Source of the DNA: an uncultured virus (IMG/VR IMGVR_UViG_2690315617_000001)
Lineage: Duplodnaviria > Heunggongvirae > Uroviricota > Caudoviricetes
Virus record (IMG/VR): IMGVR_UViG_2690315617_000001
Length of the DNA: 64,000 nucleotides
Strand: one strand, 5' to 3'
Positions within the stretch are counted from its first letter, which is position 1. Every line of letters begins with the position of its first letter. Of this stretch, positions 8,416 to 18,279 are shown in pieces. A program made the position numbers and the translations under genes. Below the pieces are notes generated by a model. The model searched no databases. It worked only from the letters and a program-made list of their open reading frames with translations, and was not told where the DNA came from.

Positions 8416-9533
8416 CAGAGCACCGTCACAGTCGTAGGCTTCACCACCTGCTTAGCGGTGGCGGCAATGTCAGCGGTTCCGCCGTTGATCGTTAGGCCTG
8501 TGATGTTGGTGACACCGGGCGAAGCGTCGTAGGCCACTTGCAACAGGCGGGACCATGCCAGCGGCTGGCCGAGGCCCAGGGCATTGACGTAGTTCGTCAC
8601 TGCGTTCTTCACCAGCAACTTGGTGGCCACGGCGTCATAGCCGACGGCGATGGTCGCCGTCATCGATACCGCAGCATTCACAACCACCGGAGCAAAGACT
8701 CCAAATCGCGAGGTCACTGGCCGCACTCGGTCAACGGCGTTGGCTACGGTATTCAGCAGCGTGCTGCCCGGAGTGCCTGTACCGTCATCGACCACAACAT
8801 AGAAGTAGCCGTAGTCAGTGACGCCTGGGTAGGTCAGGTTTTCGGTCAGCGTGTACGTCAGGCCCGTCTGCAGACTGGTGATGGCATAGCCGATTGCTTC
8901 CTTCGTCGCTTTCGACAGGCTGGCCACGTAGGCGACAAATCGCAGGCGGAACGCTACGTCCGTCTCTGCGTCGGATCCATTCGTGAACGCGGCGAGATTC
9001 GTGACCGTGTCGATCCCGGAAATCGCGGTGGACAGCGTGTTGATCGCGCCGATCACGACGTTGTTTCCAGCGCCGGCCATCACCGCCTGCACCTTGACTG
9101 CGAGGCTTGAGACGCCTGCGCCCACCGTGTAGAAGCCGGCCGAATAGGCAGGGTTCGTGGTGTCCGCTATCACGGCGAAGACCTGCGAACCATCACCCGT
9201 CTGCACGCGCGCACCGACAGCAATCTGGGCTGCATTGGTGGCAGTGAAGCGAGAGAAGGTTACGTTCCCCGTGGCGGCCACGGCCGGCAGTCGCGTCAGG
9301 CCGAAATCAGCCATCCACGAGTCGAGATCCGTGCCTGTCGACGTAGAGGCGCGCGTGACCGCGAGCAGTGCGACCAGCAGGCCCTGCAGCCACAGGACCA
9401 CCGCAGCATTGGCCTCAGCCACCGACCGGATGATGGAGCCGATGGTGGTATCGATGAGGCGCGCCGAGGCCGCCTGGATGGCGGTCACCTGGTCGCTGAC
9501 GATGGTGGCGAAGGTCTTGGTATTGAGTGCCAT
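8415..9533 (-). CDS. Baseplate J/gp47-like protein
   Basis: ATGNVTFSR and GSDAETDVAFRLRF motifs. Confidence 0.9.
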   Translation of the reverse strand: MALNTKTFATIVSDQVTAIQAASARLIDTTIGSIIRSVAEANAAVVLWLQGLLVALLAVTRASTSTGTDLDSWMADFGLTRLPAVAATGNVTFSRFTATNAAQIAVGARVQTGDGSQVFAVIADTTNPAYSAGFYTVGAGVSSLAVKVQAVMAGAGNNVVIGAINTLSTAISGIDTVTNLAAFTNGSDAETDVAFRLRFVAYVASLSKATKEAIGYAITSLQTGLTYTLTENLTYPGVTDYGYFYVVVDDGTGTPGSTLLNTVANAVDRVRPVTSRFGVFAPVVVNAAVSMTATIAVGYDAVATKLLVKNAVTNYVNALGLGQPLAWSRLLQVAYDASPGVTNITGLTINGGTADIAATAKQVVKPTTVTVL

Positions 9534-9543
9534 GTTGTCTCGT

Positions 9544-9909
9544 TCAGCGGTTCACGTCGAAGGCGAGGCTTGCGAGCTTTCCCGTCGAGCCGTCGTAGTA
9601 CTGGATGCGCACCGAGAGGCCGTTTGCGATGCCCTGCACAGTGATGACTGGCGCCGGTGTGCGCGCGACCGCCGCCTCCAGGAAGATCTGCGAGCGAATC
9701 AGGCCAGTGAGGGCCGGAATGTCGAGCAGCGTGCCGATCTTCTTGCCGAGGCCGGCGCCGTAGTTCGGATGCCAGATGTAGTCCCCCGGGTTGGTCAGCA
9801 GCCGGCGCAGGAGCCGCTGGCTGGTCTGGTCCAATCCCTCCACCTGCTGCACGTCGCCGGTGGGCGAAACACTCAGGTCGTCGCCGATGAAGTGGTAGAG
9901 GTCGGTCAT
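9544..9909 (-). CDS. Baseplate gpW/gp25-like protein
   Basis: RRLLTNPGDYIWHPNYGAGL motif. Confidence 0.8.
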   Translation of the reverse strand: MTDLYHFIGDDLSVSPTGDVQQVEGLDQTSQRLLRRLLTNPGDYIWHPNYGAGLGKKIGTLLDIPALTGLIRSQIFLEAAVARTPAPVITVQGIANGLSVRIQYYDGSTGKLASLAFDVNR

Positions 9910-10679
9910 GGTGTTGCGGGCCCTGAGGTGTTGGGACCGTTCGTGACATTCGTGTGCTTGTGGCCCTTGAGCGAGTAGCTGTCTGCCACGAAGTCCCAGT
10001 TGGTGCCGTTGAAGCTTCCGTTGAGGCCTTGGACGTTGCCGGTGATCTGGGCCGCATAGCCGCCGACATTTCCGAAGGTCGTGGTCACGCCAAAGCCGCC
10101 AGTACCGGTGATCTGGTACTTCACGCTCAGCGTCCCGTTAATGCTGACCGGCCCGTTGTGGTTCCACTGCGGCGCCGTGGTAGTTAGCGTGCCTCCAACG
10201 GTCAGATCGGCGGTGCCGGCCACATTCACCGTGGCCTTGCCGTCCACAGTGACCGATAGGTCGTTGCCCACCGTCGCAATCAGGTCATGATCAGTGTTGA
10301 GCTCGACGTCCCCGCTGTTCTTGAACTTCAGGAAGCTGCCGGACTTGTGCCGGATCCACATCTCGCCTGACGGCACCAGCATTGGCCGCTCGATGTCGTT
10401 GAACATCGAACCGATCACGATGGCGGCATCCCCACCACCTTCCTGCGCTTGTAACACCACAGCATCGCCAATTTCCGGGCCGACCTGCAACCCCCAGCCG
10501 TTGCCAACGTAGGGGCTCAGGATCGGAATCCAGCCGGTTGGGACGTTCGCTGGCTGCAACAGCACCTTCACGCTGTACGTGGCCGGATCGTAGGAATCGA
10601 CGATGCCGCAACGCGTATCCTGCTTGGCGTCGCCGGCGCGCTGAGCCGCGACCGACATTGCCTGTTCGAACTCTCTCAT
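9906..10679 (-). CDS. Baseplate spike (gpV-like)
   Basis: OB-fold N-terminus (TGWIPI), beta-helix repeats and terminal HKH metal motif. Confidence 0.85.
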   Translation of the reverse strand: MREFEQAMSVAAQRAGDAKQDTRCGIVDSYDPATYSVKVLLQPANVPTGWIPILSPYVGNGWGLQVGPEIGDAVVLQAQEGGGDAAIVIGSMFNDIERPMLVPSGEMWIRHKSGSFLKFKNSGDVELNTDHDLIATVGNDLSVTVDGKATVNVAGTADLTVGGTLTTTAPQWNHNGPVSINGTLSVKYQITGTGGFGVTTTFGNVGGYAAQITGNVQGLNGSFNGTNWDFVADSYSLKGHKHTNVTNGPNTSGPATP

Positions 10680-11803
10680 GCCTGCACCGTGCTTTCTGGG
10701 CTGGAGTTCTTCGCGCGGAAGAGCGTCCGATACCCGGTGTCGAATCCGACGCTGTGCACCACAGAGGCCGGGAAGTAGAGCTGATCAAAGGCGGTTTCGG
10801 TGCCCTCCACCTTGAGGACGGTCGCCTGGTTGAGAGATGTATCGCCGGGCACGTCAGCGCCCAAGTTCACCTCGTGCTCGCTGATGTCCTTCAGCAGCTG
10901 GTTGGCCTTCTTCTGCGCCTCGTCAGGCGTCATGTTGGGGAAGAAGAAGCTGTACTGCTGTGGAGGAAGCCCCGAGCGCCCCACCTTGCTGGTCGTGGAG
11001 TTCTTGATGCGCTTGCGCTCCGCAGTAACCGTGAAACCCTTCTTCTGCTTCTGGTTGAAGCTGCGTACGCTCACCTTGATGCTGCGAGCGACAGTGAGAT
11101 TGCGCGAGAAAGTCAAGCGCATGCCGTTGAAGACCGGTGAGGCTTGATCCGCCGTGGGCGGCTGCCAGCGCAGGACGTACGGCTCTGCTTTCGCAGGATC
11201 CGGCTTCGGCTCGAAATGCAGTTCGCGGCCCTTCACGTAGACCACAAAGCCGCTGACCTGCGCGAGATAGGTGAGCACGTCCCACTCTGGCCGGTCATCC
11301 TGCGTCGCCGCATGGTCGATCTGGTAGAAGGTCCCGACCGTCTCAGTGGTCGCTGTAACCACCGCCTTCAGGCCGTGCGCCGCCGCCAGCTTCTCGGCCA
11401 CCTGCGAGGCCGTCAGGTTCTGGTACTTCTCCACCGTCTTGGTATCGATGAAGCGCGAGGTCAGGTCGCGGCCGGCCATCACGATTTCGTCAGCGATGGG
11501 GTCGAACTCGATGTCGTCAACGTTGCCGATCAGCAGGGACTGCAGGTCCTCGCGAGCGAACGCCTCAGGCGTCGCTGGATAGCCGACCAGCAGCTCGATC
11601 TCGACCTCCCTCTGGTCTGCCCACCATGCCCAGTTCCGGTTCGCCGGCTGCTCGCTAAGGCAGAGCGTCAGGCGGAAGGTATCGGCCTGATAGAACGTGT
11701 TGTTGTCGACCTCGAAGCCAACCACGCCCTGCAGGCGCTCGCCATTGGCGAACACCGCGCCGCGCGGCCGCGTTCCGACCGACACCGGCTCGGGGTTGTT
11801 CAC
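10676..11803 (-). CDS. Baseplate hub (gpD/Mu gp44-like)
   Basis: GRDLTSRFIDTK motif, size and position. Confidence 0.8.
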   Translation of the reverse strand: MNNPEPVSVGTRPRGAVFANGERLQGVVGFEVDNNTFYQADTFRLTLCLSEQPANRNWAWWADQREVEIELLVGYPATPEAFAREDLQSLLIGNVDDIEFDPIADEIVMAGRDLTSRFIDTKTVEKYQNLTASQVAEKLAAAHGLKAVVTATTETVGTFYQIDHAATQDDRPEWDVLTYLAQVSGFVVYVKGRELHFEPKPDPAKAEPYVLRWQPPTADQASPVFNGMRLTFSRNLTVARSIKVSVRSFNQKQKKGFTVTAERKRIKNSTTSKVGRSGLPPQQYSFFFPNMTPDEAQKKANQLLKDISEHEVNLGADVPGDTSLNQATVLKVEGTETAFDQLYFPASVVHSVGFDTGYRTLFRAKNSSPESTVQA

Positions 11804-12759
11804 TGCGTTGGCACTCCGCCTGAATCGATGGGGTTCGCTGGAATCTGCAAAGTCTTCACACCTGTGATGACCGCATCCGTCAGGCCAGAGGCCTGGGCAA
11901 TCGAAATCCAGCGTGTTGCGTCGCCGTACTCGCGCGCGGCCACGTCGAAGAGCGTGCCGCCGGCCACCTGCAGGGCCCGCGTGGAAGCCTGCTGCTGCGC
12001 CATGCTGACGTTGCGCGACATGCGGGTGGCCAAGCTGCTCAAGTTCTGCAGCGTTGGGTATTGCGCTGTCGCGCTCACCTGCGCGGCCATCGTGCTGATG
12101 GTCTGCGCCAGCGGCACACCTGGAAGCACGCCGCCGGGCGACGTCACTGCGCTGATCGTATTCGTCACCGAGGCCGTGAGAGTGGTGACGCGCGAGCTGA
12201 CCGCGCTGATCGCCCCCTGCACCGATTGGACCGTCGCATTCGTCGCTGCAGCGAAGCTGCTGACACCGCGCACGGCTGTATCGAGCGTGTCGAGCGCGCT
12301 GGAAAGTGGCCCGTCGCCGATCAGGTCGCCGAGGCCCAGCATAGTGTCGCAGTCGGCACCGATCGCGGTGTCGAAGCCTGACGGCGCGATGGTCTGCACT
12401 GGCTGGCTGTCATCGGAAACGACCTCCAGCGAGATGCTGTAGCCGACCTTGTAGTAGCGCTCGACGACGAACTTGAACTTGCTGATCACCACCGTGTAGG
12501 TGCTGTCGAAGAACGTCAGCGGCAGCGCAGCACCTTGTACGCGGAGGAAATCCAAGTACTTGGCGCGCTCCAGGGCATTGCCGCCGAGAAACAGGCCGCT
12601 CCATTGCAGCGGCTCGTGGTCAGCTCCCATCGCTTGCACCGTACGGGCGCCGCCAGGGAACTTGTGCACGGCCAGCCGCTGGTCGCCGCCGAGAGCGATG
12701 CTTTCGGGGATTTCGAGATTGGAGAACTCGAAGTCGCCCAGTCGCAGGACAGTGTCCAT
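11800..12759 (-). CDS. Tail tube initiator / LysM-like tail protein
   Basis: C-terminal TLFDVAAREYGDATRWISIAQAS...LQIP (LysM/gpX-like). Confidence 0.7.
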   Translation of the reverse strand: MDTVLRLGDFEFSNLEIPESIALGGDQRLAVHKFPGGARTVQAMGADHEPLQWSGLFLGGNALERAKYLDFLRVQGAALPLTFFDSTYTVVISKFKFVVERYYKVGYSISLEVVSDDSQPVQTIAPSGFDTAIGADCDTMLGLGDLIGDGPLSSALDTLDTAVRGVSSFAAATNATVQSVQGAISAVSSRVTTLTASVTNTISAVTSPGGVLPGVPLAQTISTMAAQVSATAQYPTLQNLSSLATRMSRNVSMAQQQASTRALQVAGGTLFDVAAREYGDATRWISIAQASGLTDAVITGVKTLQIPANPIDSGGVPTQ

Positions 12760-12761
12760 GT

Positions 12762-14729
12762 TCAACCTCCTCTAGACACGTCGAATGCGCGCAGCGACAT
12801 GCGCCCGTCAGCGGTGCGAGGCCCCGTGCTTGGTCGGCTCAGTTCCTTGGCTTGGTAGGTCGAAACCGCCTTGCCAATGGCCTTGCCGTCGAGGTTGATG
12901 GTCGAGTCGACCTGCACCATTTGCGGAACGGACCCACGAATATGTGGACTGCCGAAGGCCGCCCCGCCGCCGTTGGTGCCGAAGCCGATGGTGGAGCCGT
13001 CAGGGTTGACCCCGGGCGGCGCCACGACCTTGCCGCCGCCCTTGGTCGCATCCATCACCGCGCCAATTGCATTGCCGATCGGATTCAGCGGCGAGTGGCT
13101 GTAGAGCCACCCGATGCCTTCAACCAACTTGCCTACGGCCTTCTCGTTGTCGTTGATGAACGATGACACGCCGCGCATGAAGGTGCCGGCATTGCTCAGA
13201 ATGTTCGAGAACGCGGGAAGCATCAGGACGCCGAACTCCGTCTTGAAGTTGGTCCAGGCGGCGACGAACTCGGACTCCTTGCCGCCCAGCCCCTTCTTCC
13301 ACGCGTCGACGGTCTGCTCGGCGCCCATTGCGTTCTTCGTCAATCTGAAGTCGCGCATCGCCTGCATCTGCTGCGTCGTGAAGTTCGCAGCCATGTTCGA
13401 GCCGGTGCGGTTCGACACCAGCTTGTTCATGAACGAGATGATTTCCGAGTCGGTCTTCGCACCCGCGGCCTTGGCTGCCTCGGTGCCGTAGGTCATCAGC
13501 CACTGCGCGGGGTTTTCGCGCAGCATCTTCTCGTCCTTGATGCCGGTGATCTGCACGGTGTTGTACGGCTTACCCCCAACAGTGCCGTGCGATACCGACC
13601 CAAGCTTCACGAGCCCTGCTTCTTGCAGCGCGGCCATCGTCTTCTTCGTGGTCCGTCCGGCAACGAGGTTCTGATAGAACGACATCAGCGCCGTACCCGT
13701 GGCTGCCCCGCCCTGCTCCTGCGCCAGCGTGCCCAGCATCATGATGCCGTCGTCGCTGAGGCCTTTGAACGCGGCACCGCCGCGCTTGGCCATCTGCTCC
13801 AACTGTTGGAAGTTCAGCGAGCCGCCAGAGCCAGTCACCATGCGTTGCGCCAGGTTGAGGCCTCGCATGAAGTCCTCAGGCGAGTCCGTCAGGCCTCGCA
13901 TGTCGTTGAAGCGCATCAGCGAGCGTGCCGTACCCTCGTCGATCTTTCCGATCTTGCCGCTGAACAGAGTTGAGTTCGCAGCATTCAGTTGCGCGATGAT
14001 CGGCGACAGCTTCAGGGCATTGGGCATGCTGCCGAACATGCCGACCGATTCCCGCACGGTTTCCAGCATGTCCTTGCTGGATACGCCGAAGGTGTGCGAA
14101 CCGCGCGCAAAGGAACTCGCCTGCTTGTTTACTTCCTCGCCGAGGTTCAGCGTCTTGAAGCGGATGAATGCGGTTTCGTAGTCCTTCGAGGCCTCGTACA
14201 GCGAATGGGCCATGTAGACCGTGGCCGCGCCGGCCGCCAGCGGCACGACGGCGCCACCGACGCCGAAGCCGAACGAGCCGACACCAACACCGCCGGGGCC
14301 CATGTGAACGTTGCCGCCGTGCAGGCCAGGGTTTCCCCAACCGCCGCCATGCCGACCACCGCCAGCACCACCACCTCCGCCGCCTCCTCCACTTCCTCCA
14401 ATGCCGACACCAGGGCCGCGGCTTCCCCCGCCAGCCGCTGGATGTCCCACGAGCGGCGGCATGGTCGCAGCGTTGGCACGCAACGCGGCCAGATGCTGAT
14501 TCAGGCCGGCGGCGCCGTGCGAGGCCCGCTCCATGGCGATGGCAGATGCGTTGATCGACGACGCTAGGCCGCGCAGGCCAGCGGATTCCCCCGCAGCGGC
14601 CCGAAGCGTAGACTTCAGGGTCACCGAGAGCGCTTCCAACTTTTCCATGTCGCGCGCCAGCAGGGCGAGCTGTGGCGACACCAGGTTGTTCAGCCGGAGC
14701 GTGATCCCGACGGAATAGGCTTCAAACAT
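12762..14729 (-). CDS. Tape measure protein
   Basis: 655 aa, Ala/Gly-rich helical, MFEAYSVGITLRL start, position in the tail operon. Confidence 0.8.
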   Translation of the reverse strand: MFEAYSVGITLRLNNLVSPQLALLARDMEKLEALSVTLKSTLRAAAGESAGLRGLASSINASAIAMERASHGAAGLNQHLAALRANAATMPPLVGHPAAGGGSRGPGVGIGGSGGGGGGGGAGGGRHGGGWGNPGLHGGNVHMGPGGVGVGSFGFGVGGAVVPLAAGAATVYMAHSLYEASKDYETAFIRFKTLNLGEEVNKQASSFARGSHTFGVSSKDMLETVRESVGMFGSMPNALKLSPIIAQLNAANSTLFSGKIGKIDEGTARSLMRFNDMRGLTDSPEDFMRGLNLAQRMVTGSGGSLNFQQLEQMAKRGGAAFKGLSDDGIMMLGTLAQEQGGAATGTALMSFYQNLVAGRTTKKTMAALQEAGLVKLGSVSHGTVGGKPYNTVQITGIKDEKMLRENPAQWLMTYGTEAAKAAGAKTDSEIISFMNKLVSNRTGSNMAANFTTQQMQAMRDFRLTKNAMGAEQTVDAWKKGLGGKESEFVAAWTNFKTEFGVLMLPAFSNILSNAGTFMRGVSSFINDNEKAVGKLVEGIGWLYSHSPLNPIGNAIGAVMDATKGGGKVVAPPGVNPDGSTIGFGTNGGGAAFGSPHIRGSVPQMVQVDSTINLDGKAIGKAVSTYQAKELSRPSTGPRTADGRMSLRAFDVSRGG

Positions 14730-14756
14730 CGTTTCGCCCTAACTTGAGAGGTTCCC

Positions 14757-14990
14757 ATGCGGTTGGGCATGAAGATTCGAGTGCACGAGTGGCTAGCCGA
14801 CCGGCTCAGCTGGGTGCAGTACCCCGACGTGCGCCGCGAGGTGTTGAAGAAGCGGCACCCGAAGCCCTCGCTGTGGTGGCGCTACAAAGCGCTCACCTGG
14901 CGCCAGGCCGGCTGGCTCTGGTTCTGGGTTTTCTGGTGCATCGTCGGCCTGATGGCGTCTATAGGTCCTGGAGCCCAATCCGGGGTTTGA
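14757..14990 (+). CDS. Small antisense membrane protein (moron)
   Basis: GAGAGG RBS; Trp-rich C-terminal TM; fills the gap in the tail operon. Confidence 0.55.
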   Translation: MRLGMKIRVHEWLADRLSWVQYPDVRREVLKKRHPKPSLWWRYKALTWRQAGWLWFWVFWCIVGLMASIGPGAQSGV

Positions 14991-15441
14991 CCCAGCCTGC
15001 GCCGCTGACCCAAGCGATCAGGGTCGTGGCCGCCACGCGGCCGATAGCATCCGCTGATGCATATGCTGCCGGACCGACAACCGCACGCGCCGGCATCTTC
15101 GAGTTGCCCTGTTCCATGTAGAGGGCGATCAGCGAAGGGCTCCCCACCACCGCCACCGCGCCCTGCGTCTTGTGCCCGTACGAGTCGCGCAGGCCGCCAG
15201 TGCGCAGTAGCGGATCGTCTGGCGTGAAGCCCTTGCGGATCCGGTCGTCTACGGTGCTGGGCGCCAGATTGGCCCAGGCCCCGAAGGGCCCTGCAGCATC
15301 CTGGTAGCTGCCGATGCGTGCCTTGGCGTCCTTCTCGACGATCTGGGCAGCCTGCTCGGTGATGTGGTGCGTGACCGCCTCGCCAGCCAGCGCTAGACGC
15401 GCGAAGTGCGCGCCCAGCGCGCCGAAGCTCTGGAACTCCAT
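14959..15441 (-). CDS. Virion morphogenesis/tail completion protein
   Basis: WANLAPSTV...PLLRTGGLRDS...EQGNSKMPAR motif; GAGG RBS. Confidence 0.75.
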   Translation of the reverse strand: MEFQSFGALGAHFARLALAGEAVTHHITEQAAQIVEKDAKARIGSYQDAAGPFGAWANLAPSTVDDRIRKGFTPDDPLLRTGGLRDSYGHKTQGAVAVVGSPSLIALYMEQGNSKMPARAVVGPAAYASADAIGRVAATTLIAWVSGAGWVKPRIGLQDL

Positions 15442-15442
15442 C

Positions 15443-15625
15443 TCAACTCCTCTCGGGGAACGCCATGAGGTCCCAATCGAAGACTTCACCGCTCACCTGC
15501 TCGGAGAACACGATGCACATCGCTGTGCGCGTGACATCGTCCATCTGGAAGGCCACATCCAAATCGATGCCGTGCTTGATCAACCAGCACGCCTCTCGAA
15601 ATGTCGTGGCCGTGGCTAGTTTTTT
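15443..15625 (-). CDS. -1 frameshift extension of the tail assembly chaperone (gpGT-like)
   Basis: Slippery A AAA AAC just before TAG; the -1 frame reads KLATATTFREACWLIKHGIDLDVAFQMDD...PERS*. Confidence 0.75.
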   Translation of the reverse strand, partial: KKLATATTFREACWLIKHGIDLDVAFQMDDVTRTAMCIVFSEQVSGEVFDWDLMAFPERS

Positions 15626-16008
15626 ACCGCGGCCTTCGTGGCGGCCGGATCTGCGGGGCTACCGAAATGCATCGGCACACCCATCATGACCGCCTCAACA
15701 CCAGCGTCGTCGAGCCGCTGGATCAGAGCGTCCAACTGGATGCGTGTGGTGATGCGTGAGATCTCTTCGCCATCGATGGCCGCGACAAACATCACTGGCA
15801 GCACCATGTTCACGAAGACCTGATTCGAGGCGGCCTCGTTGCCCAGCATCTCGATCATCTTGAACTGCGCCAGCACCCCGGGCTTGCGCAGTGTGATCTT
15901 GCGGCCGTCGCTCGCGTCGACGGTCACCGTGAAGTTTGCGTCGCGCGTGACTTGCTGCGAGGGTACCGCTTCGGCTGCTTCGTGCAGGGTTACCTTGAGG
16001 GATTCCAT
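15616..16008 (-). CDS. Tail assembly chaperone (gpG-like)
   Basis: Lies between tube and tape measure; ends at the slippery site. Confidence 0.8.
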   Translation of the reverse strand: MESLKVTLHEAAEAVPSQQVTRDANFTVTVDASDGRKITLRKPGVLAQFKMIEMLGNEAASNQVFVNMVLPVMFVAAIDGEEISRITTRIQLDALIQRLDDAGVEAVMMGVPMHFGSPADPAATKAAVKN

Positions 16009-16445
16009 CAGGCCACCTTGATCCGGCGCGCGGCCATGAAGTTGAGCTTCTGCTTCACCAGCTGATTCGCCGTCTTCGAGCCGGCGTCTTTGAAGTCGAA
16101 CATCACACCGGTATAGCGGTACTGACTGATGCCGCCATTCGGCTCCTGGATGGTCTCTGTGATGGTTCCAGACTGGATGTTCACGCCGGCGTAGAAGTCG
16201 GCTTCGATCTGCGCCCAGAAATCATCGAGCTGGCTGCCCATGCGATCGATCGACAGCACGCCGCTCCAGCCATCGGGGAAGACCCCGTATCGGGTGATCC
16301 CGTCCAGGCCCTTGCTGGCTGTGTTCGTGGTCGACGGCTGCGAAGAGAAGTCGGTGATGGCCTGCGCCGACACCGCAAGGAGCCCGCGCGAGGTCATCAG
16401 GTCGATCGATACGTCGCGGCCGACGGTTTGTCCATTCATTGGCAT
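16008..16445 (-). CDS. Tail tube protein
   Basis: 145 aa directly after the sheath gene. Confidence 0.8.
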   Translation of the reverse strand: MPMNGQTVGRDVSIDLMTSRGLLAVSAQAITDFSSQPSTTNTASKGLDGITRYGVFPDGWSGVLSIDRMGSQLDDFWAQIEADFYAGVNIQSGTITETIQEPNGGISQYRYTGVMFDFKDAGSKTANQLVKQKLNFMAARRIKVA

Positions 16446-16457
16446 GTTGTGCTCCTG

Positions 16458-17981
16458 TTACGCCGCGGCGAGCGTTTGCTGGCGGGCCACCTGCACGGAT
16501 TGGCCGCCCTCGAGGTTGATGAGGAACTTCTCCACCACCGCGAGGTAGCGGACCTTCACGTCGGCCTGCATGTAGCCCAGGGCGATGCGGCTCGGCGAGT
16601 TGTTGGTCAGGTCACAGATGACGCTGAACTCGTCGACCTGCACCTGGTCGCGCATGTTCTGCAGAAAGGTCGACAGCGTTGCGCCGGCCTGGCGGCGGAT
16701 CGGGTCGTTGGACTGCACCGACTGCAGCTTGCCCACGAAGCGGCCCATGCCAGCGTTGAACGTGTACGCGAGGTAGTTGGTCATCCGGGTGTAGTTGTCG
16801 CCCTGGATCACCGGGTTGGTGCTGGTGTTGTGACCGAACCGCGCGCCGAAGTAGTTGCCGCCCGGCACCGGGTTTGTGATCACGTCGATGCCAGCCTGGC
16901 CCAGCACCTGCAGCTCCGCGCCGCTGTAGATCAAGTTGGCCTGCGTGCGCTGCGTGCCCACGATGCCGTACATCTGCTTGTTCAGCGACGACTGCTCAGG
17001 CGAGAGATTCGCAAGCAAGCCAGCCACGAAGCCCTGAGGCGAAACGAGGCGGACGATGCCGGCCACCGGGTCGTTCCAGAGGATCCAGTCGCCATGCAGC
17101 AACTTGATGGTGTAGCTGTCGATGCCTGCCGTGGCCTTCACCGTGGCCGCGTTGCTGATCGTATCGCCGGCCGGGCCCACGGCGATCATGTACACGCCCT
17201 CAGACAGACCGAAGCTGACCTGCGTGGTCCAGGTGGTCGACGTGTCGCAGTCCGCCAGCACCGCAATCGATGCGCCGGTGCCGCGCAGCGCGTACATGCC
17301 AGTGCGACTGCCGGTGTCCACACCGATCAGGTTCGTCGCGGTCACGCCCGCGCCGTCGGTGCCACCCACCAGGGTGTAGCTCGCGGTCGCCGGCGCGGTG
17401 ACGCCGACACCAGCCGAAGCGATCACCAGGTCCGACTTCGGACGCAGCGCGTTCTGGCCGTTGTTGATCGCCGCAGCCATGTTGACCCACAGCGCGTTGC
17501 CGCTGCCGCCGATGTTGTCAAACACCTCGGGTGCGCGGCCGGGCATACCGATGGTGATGCGCGACGTGCTCGCCTGACTGCCAGGGCCCACCGATGCCAC
17601 GATGCTGTTGCCCAACGTGCCGGTGTACTTGCCGGTCAGCGTCAGGCAGTTCGTGAGGATCGCGATGGTGGCGGCGACATCGGTGCCGTCGGAGACACGG
17701 ATGCCGCGGAAGTTCGACGCGCCCTGCAGCACGGCGGTGGCCACGATGGTGCCCATGTCGTACTTGCGGTTCTGCACAGCGCCGAAGGCCAGGGCGTAGT
17801 CGCCCATGCTGCCGAGGATCACTGGCGAGTTCAGCGGACCCCATTGTGCGGTGCCGACGATGCCGAGCACGTTGGTGGGAACGCCGTTCAGCAGTGCGGT
17901 CTGCGGTGGGACGATCTGGATGTAGAGGTCGGGAACGATCAGCGCGGTGGTGTTGATCGACCCCTGTTGCACAACAGTCAT
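16458..17981 (-). CDS. Tail sheath protein
   Basis: PDLYIQI, GIVGTAQWGP and ICDLTNN motifs. Confidence 0.9.
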   Translation of the reverse strand: MTVVQQGSINTTALIVPDLYIQIVPPQTALLNGVPTNVLGIVGTAQWGPLNSPVILGSMGDYALAFGAVQNRKYDMGTIVATAVLQGASNFRGIRVSDGTDVAATIAILTNCLTLTGKYTGTLGNSIVASVGPGSQASTSRITIGMPGRAPEVFDNIGGSGNALWVNMAAAINNGQNALRPKSDLVIASAGVGVTAPATASYTLVGGTDGAGVTATNLIGVDTGSRTGMYALRGTGASIAVLADCDTSTTWTTQVSFGLSEGVYMIAVGPAGDTISNAATVKATAGIDSYTIKLLHGDWILWNDPVAGIVRLVSPQGFVAGLLANLSPEQSSLNKQMYGIVGTQRTQANLIYSGAELQVLGQAGIDVITNPVPGGNYFGARFGHNTSTNPVIQGDNYTRMTNYLAYTFNAGMGRFVGKLQSVQSNDPIRRQAGATLSTFLQNMRDQVQVDEFSVICDLTNNSPSRIALGYMQADVKVRYLAVVEKFLINLEGGQSVQVARQQTLAAA

Positions 17982-18000
17982 GGAGGGCTCCTAGAAATGG

Positions 18001-18022
18001 AAAAGCCGCCCGGAGGCGGCTT
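18001..18022 (-). terminator. Intrinsic terminator hairpin
   Basis: AAGCCGCC-CGGA-GGCGGCTT with U-tract. Confidence 0.7.
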
Positions 18023-18042
18023 GTGATGAGGTGCTGGGTGGA

Positions 18043-18270
18043 TCAGCTGCGGGTGGTCTTCTTGCCTGCGCTGGTGTCCAGCGCGGGCGTCTCGGTCTGC
18101 ACTGCGGCATCGGGCTGTTCGCTGACCGCTGGAGATTCCGGTTCGGGATCGTCGGGCGCCTTGACTACGCTGCCAGGATGGCTTTCGAGGTACGCCTGCA
18201 CCTCCTCGGCCTTGGTGATGGAGTCGCCGACCTTGAAGTCAGCGAACGGTTGGGTGACGACAAGCTTCAT
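18043..18270 (-). CDS. Small phage structural-region protein
   Basis: 75 aa, MKLVVTQPFADFKVGDSI. Confidence 0.65.
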   Translation of the reverse strand: MKLVVTQPFADFKVGDSITKAEEVQAYLESHPGSVVKAPDDPEPESPAVSEQPDAAVQTETPALDTSAGKKTTRS

Positions 18271-18279
18271 GGTCGGGCC

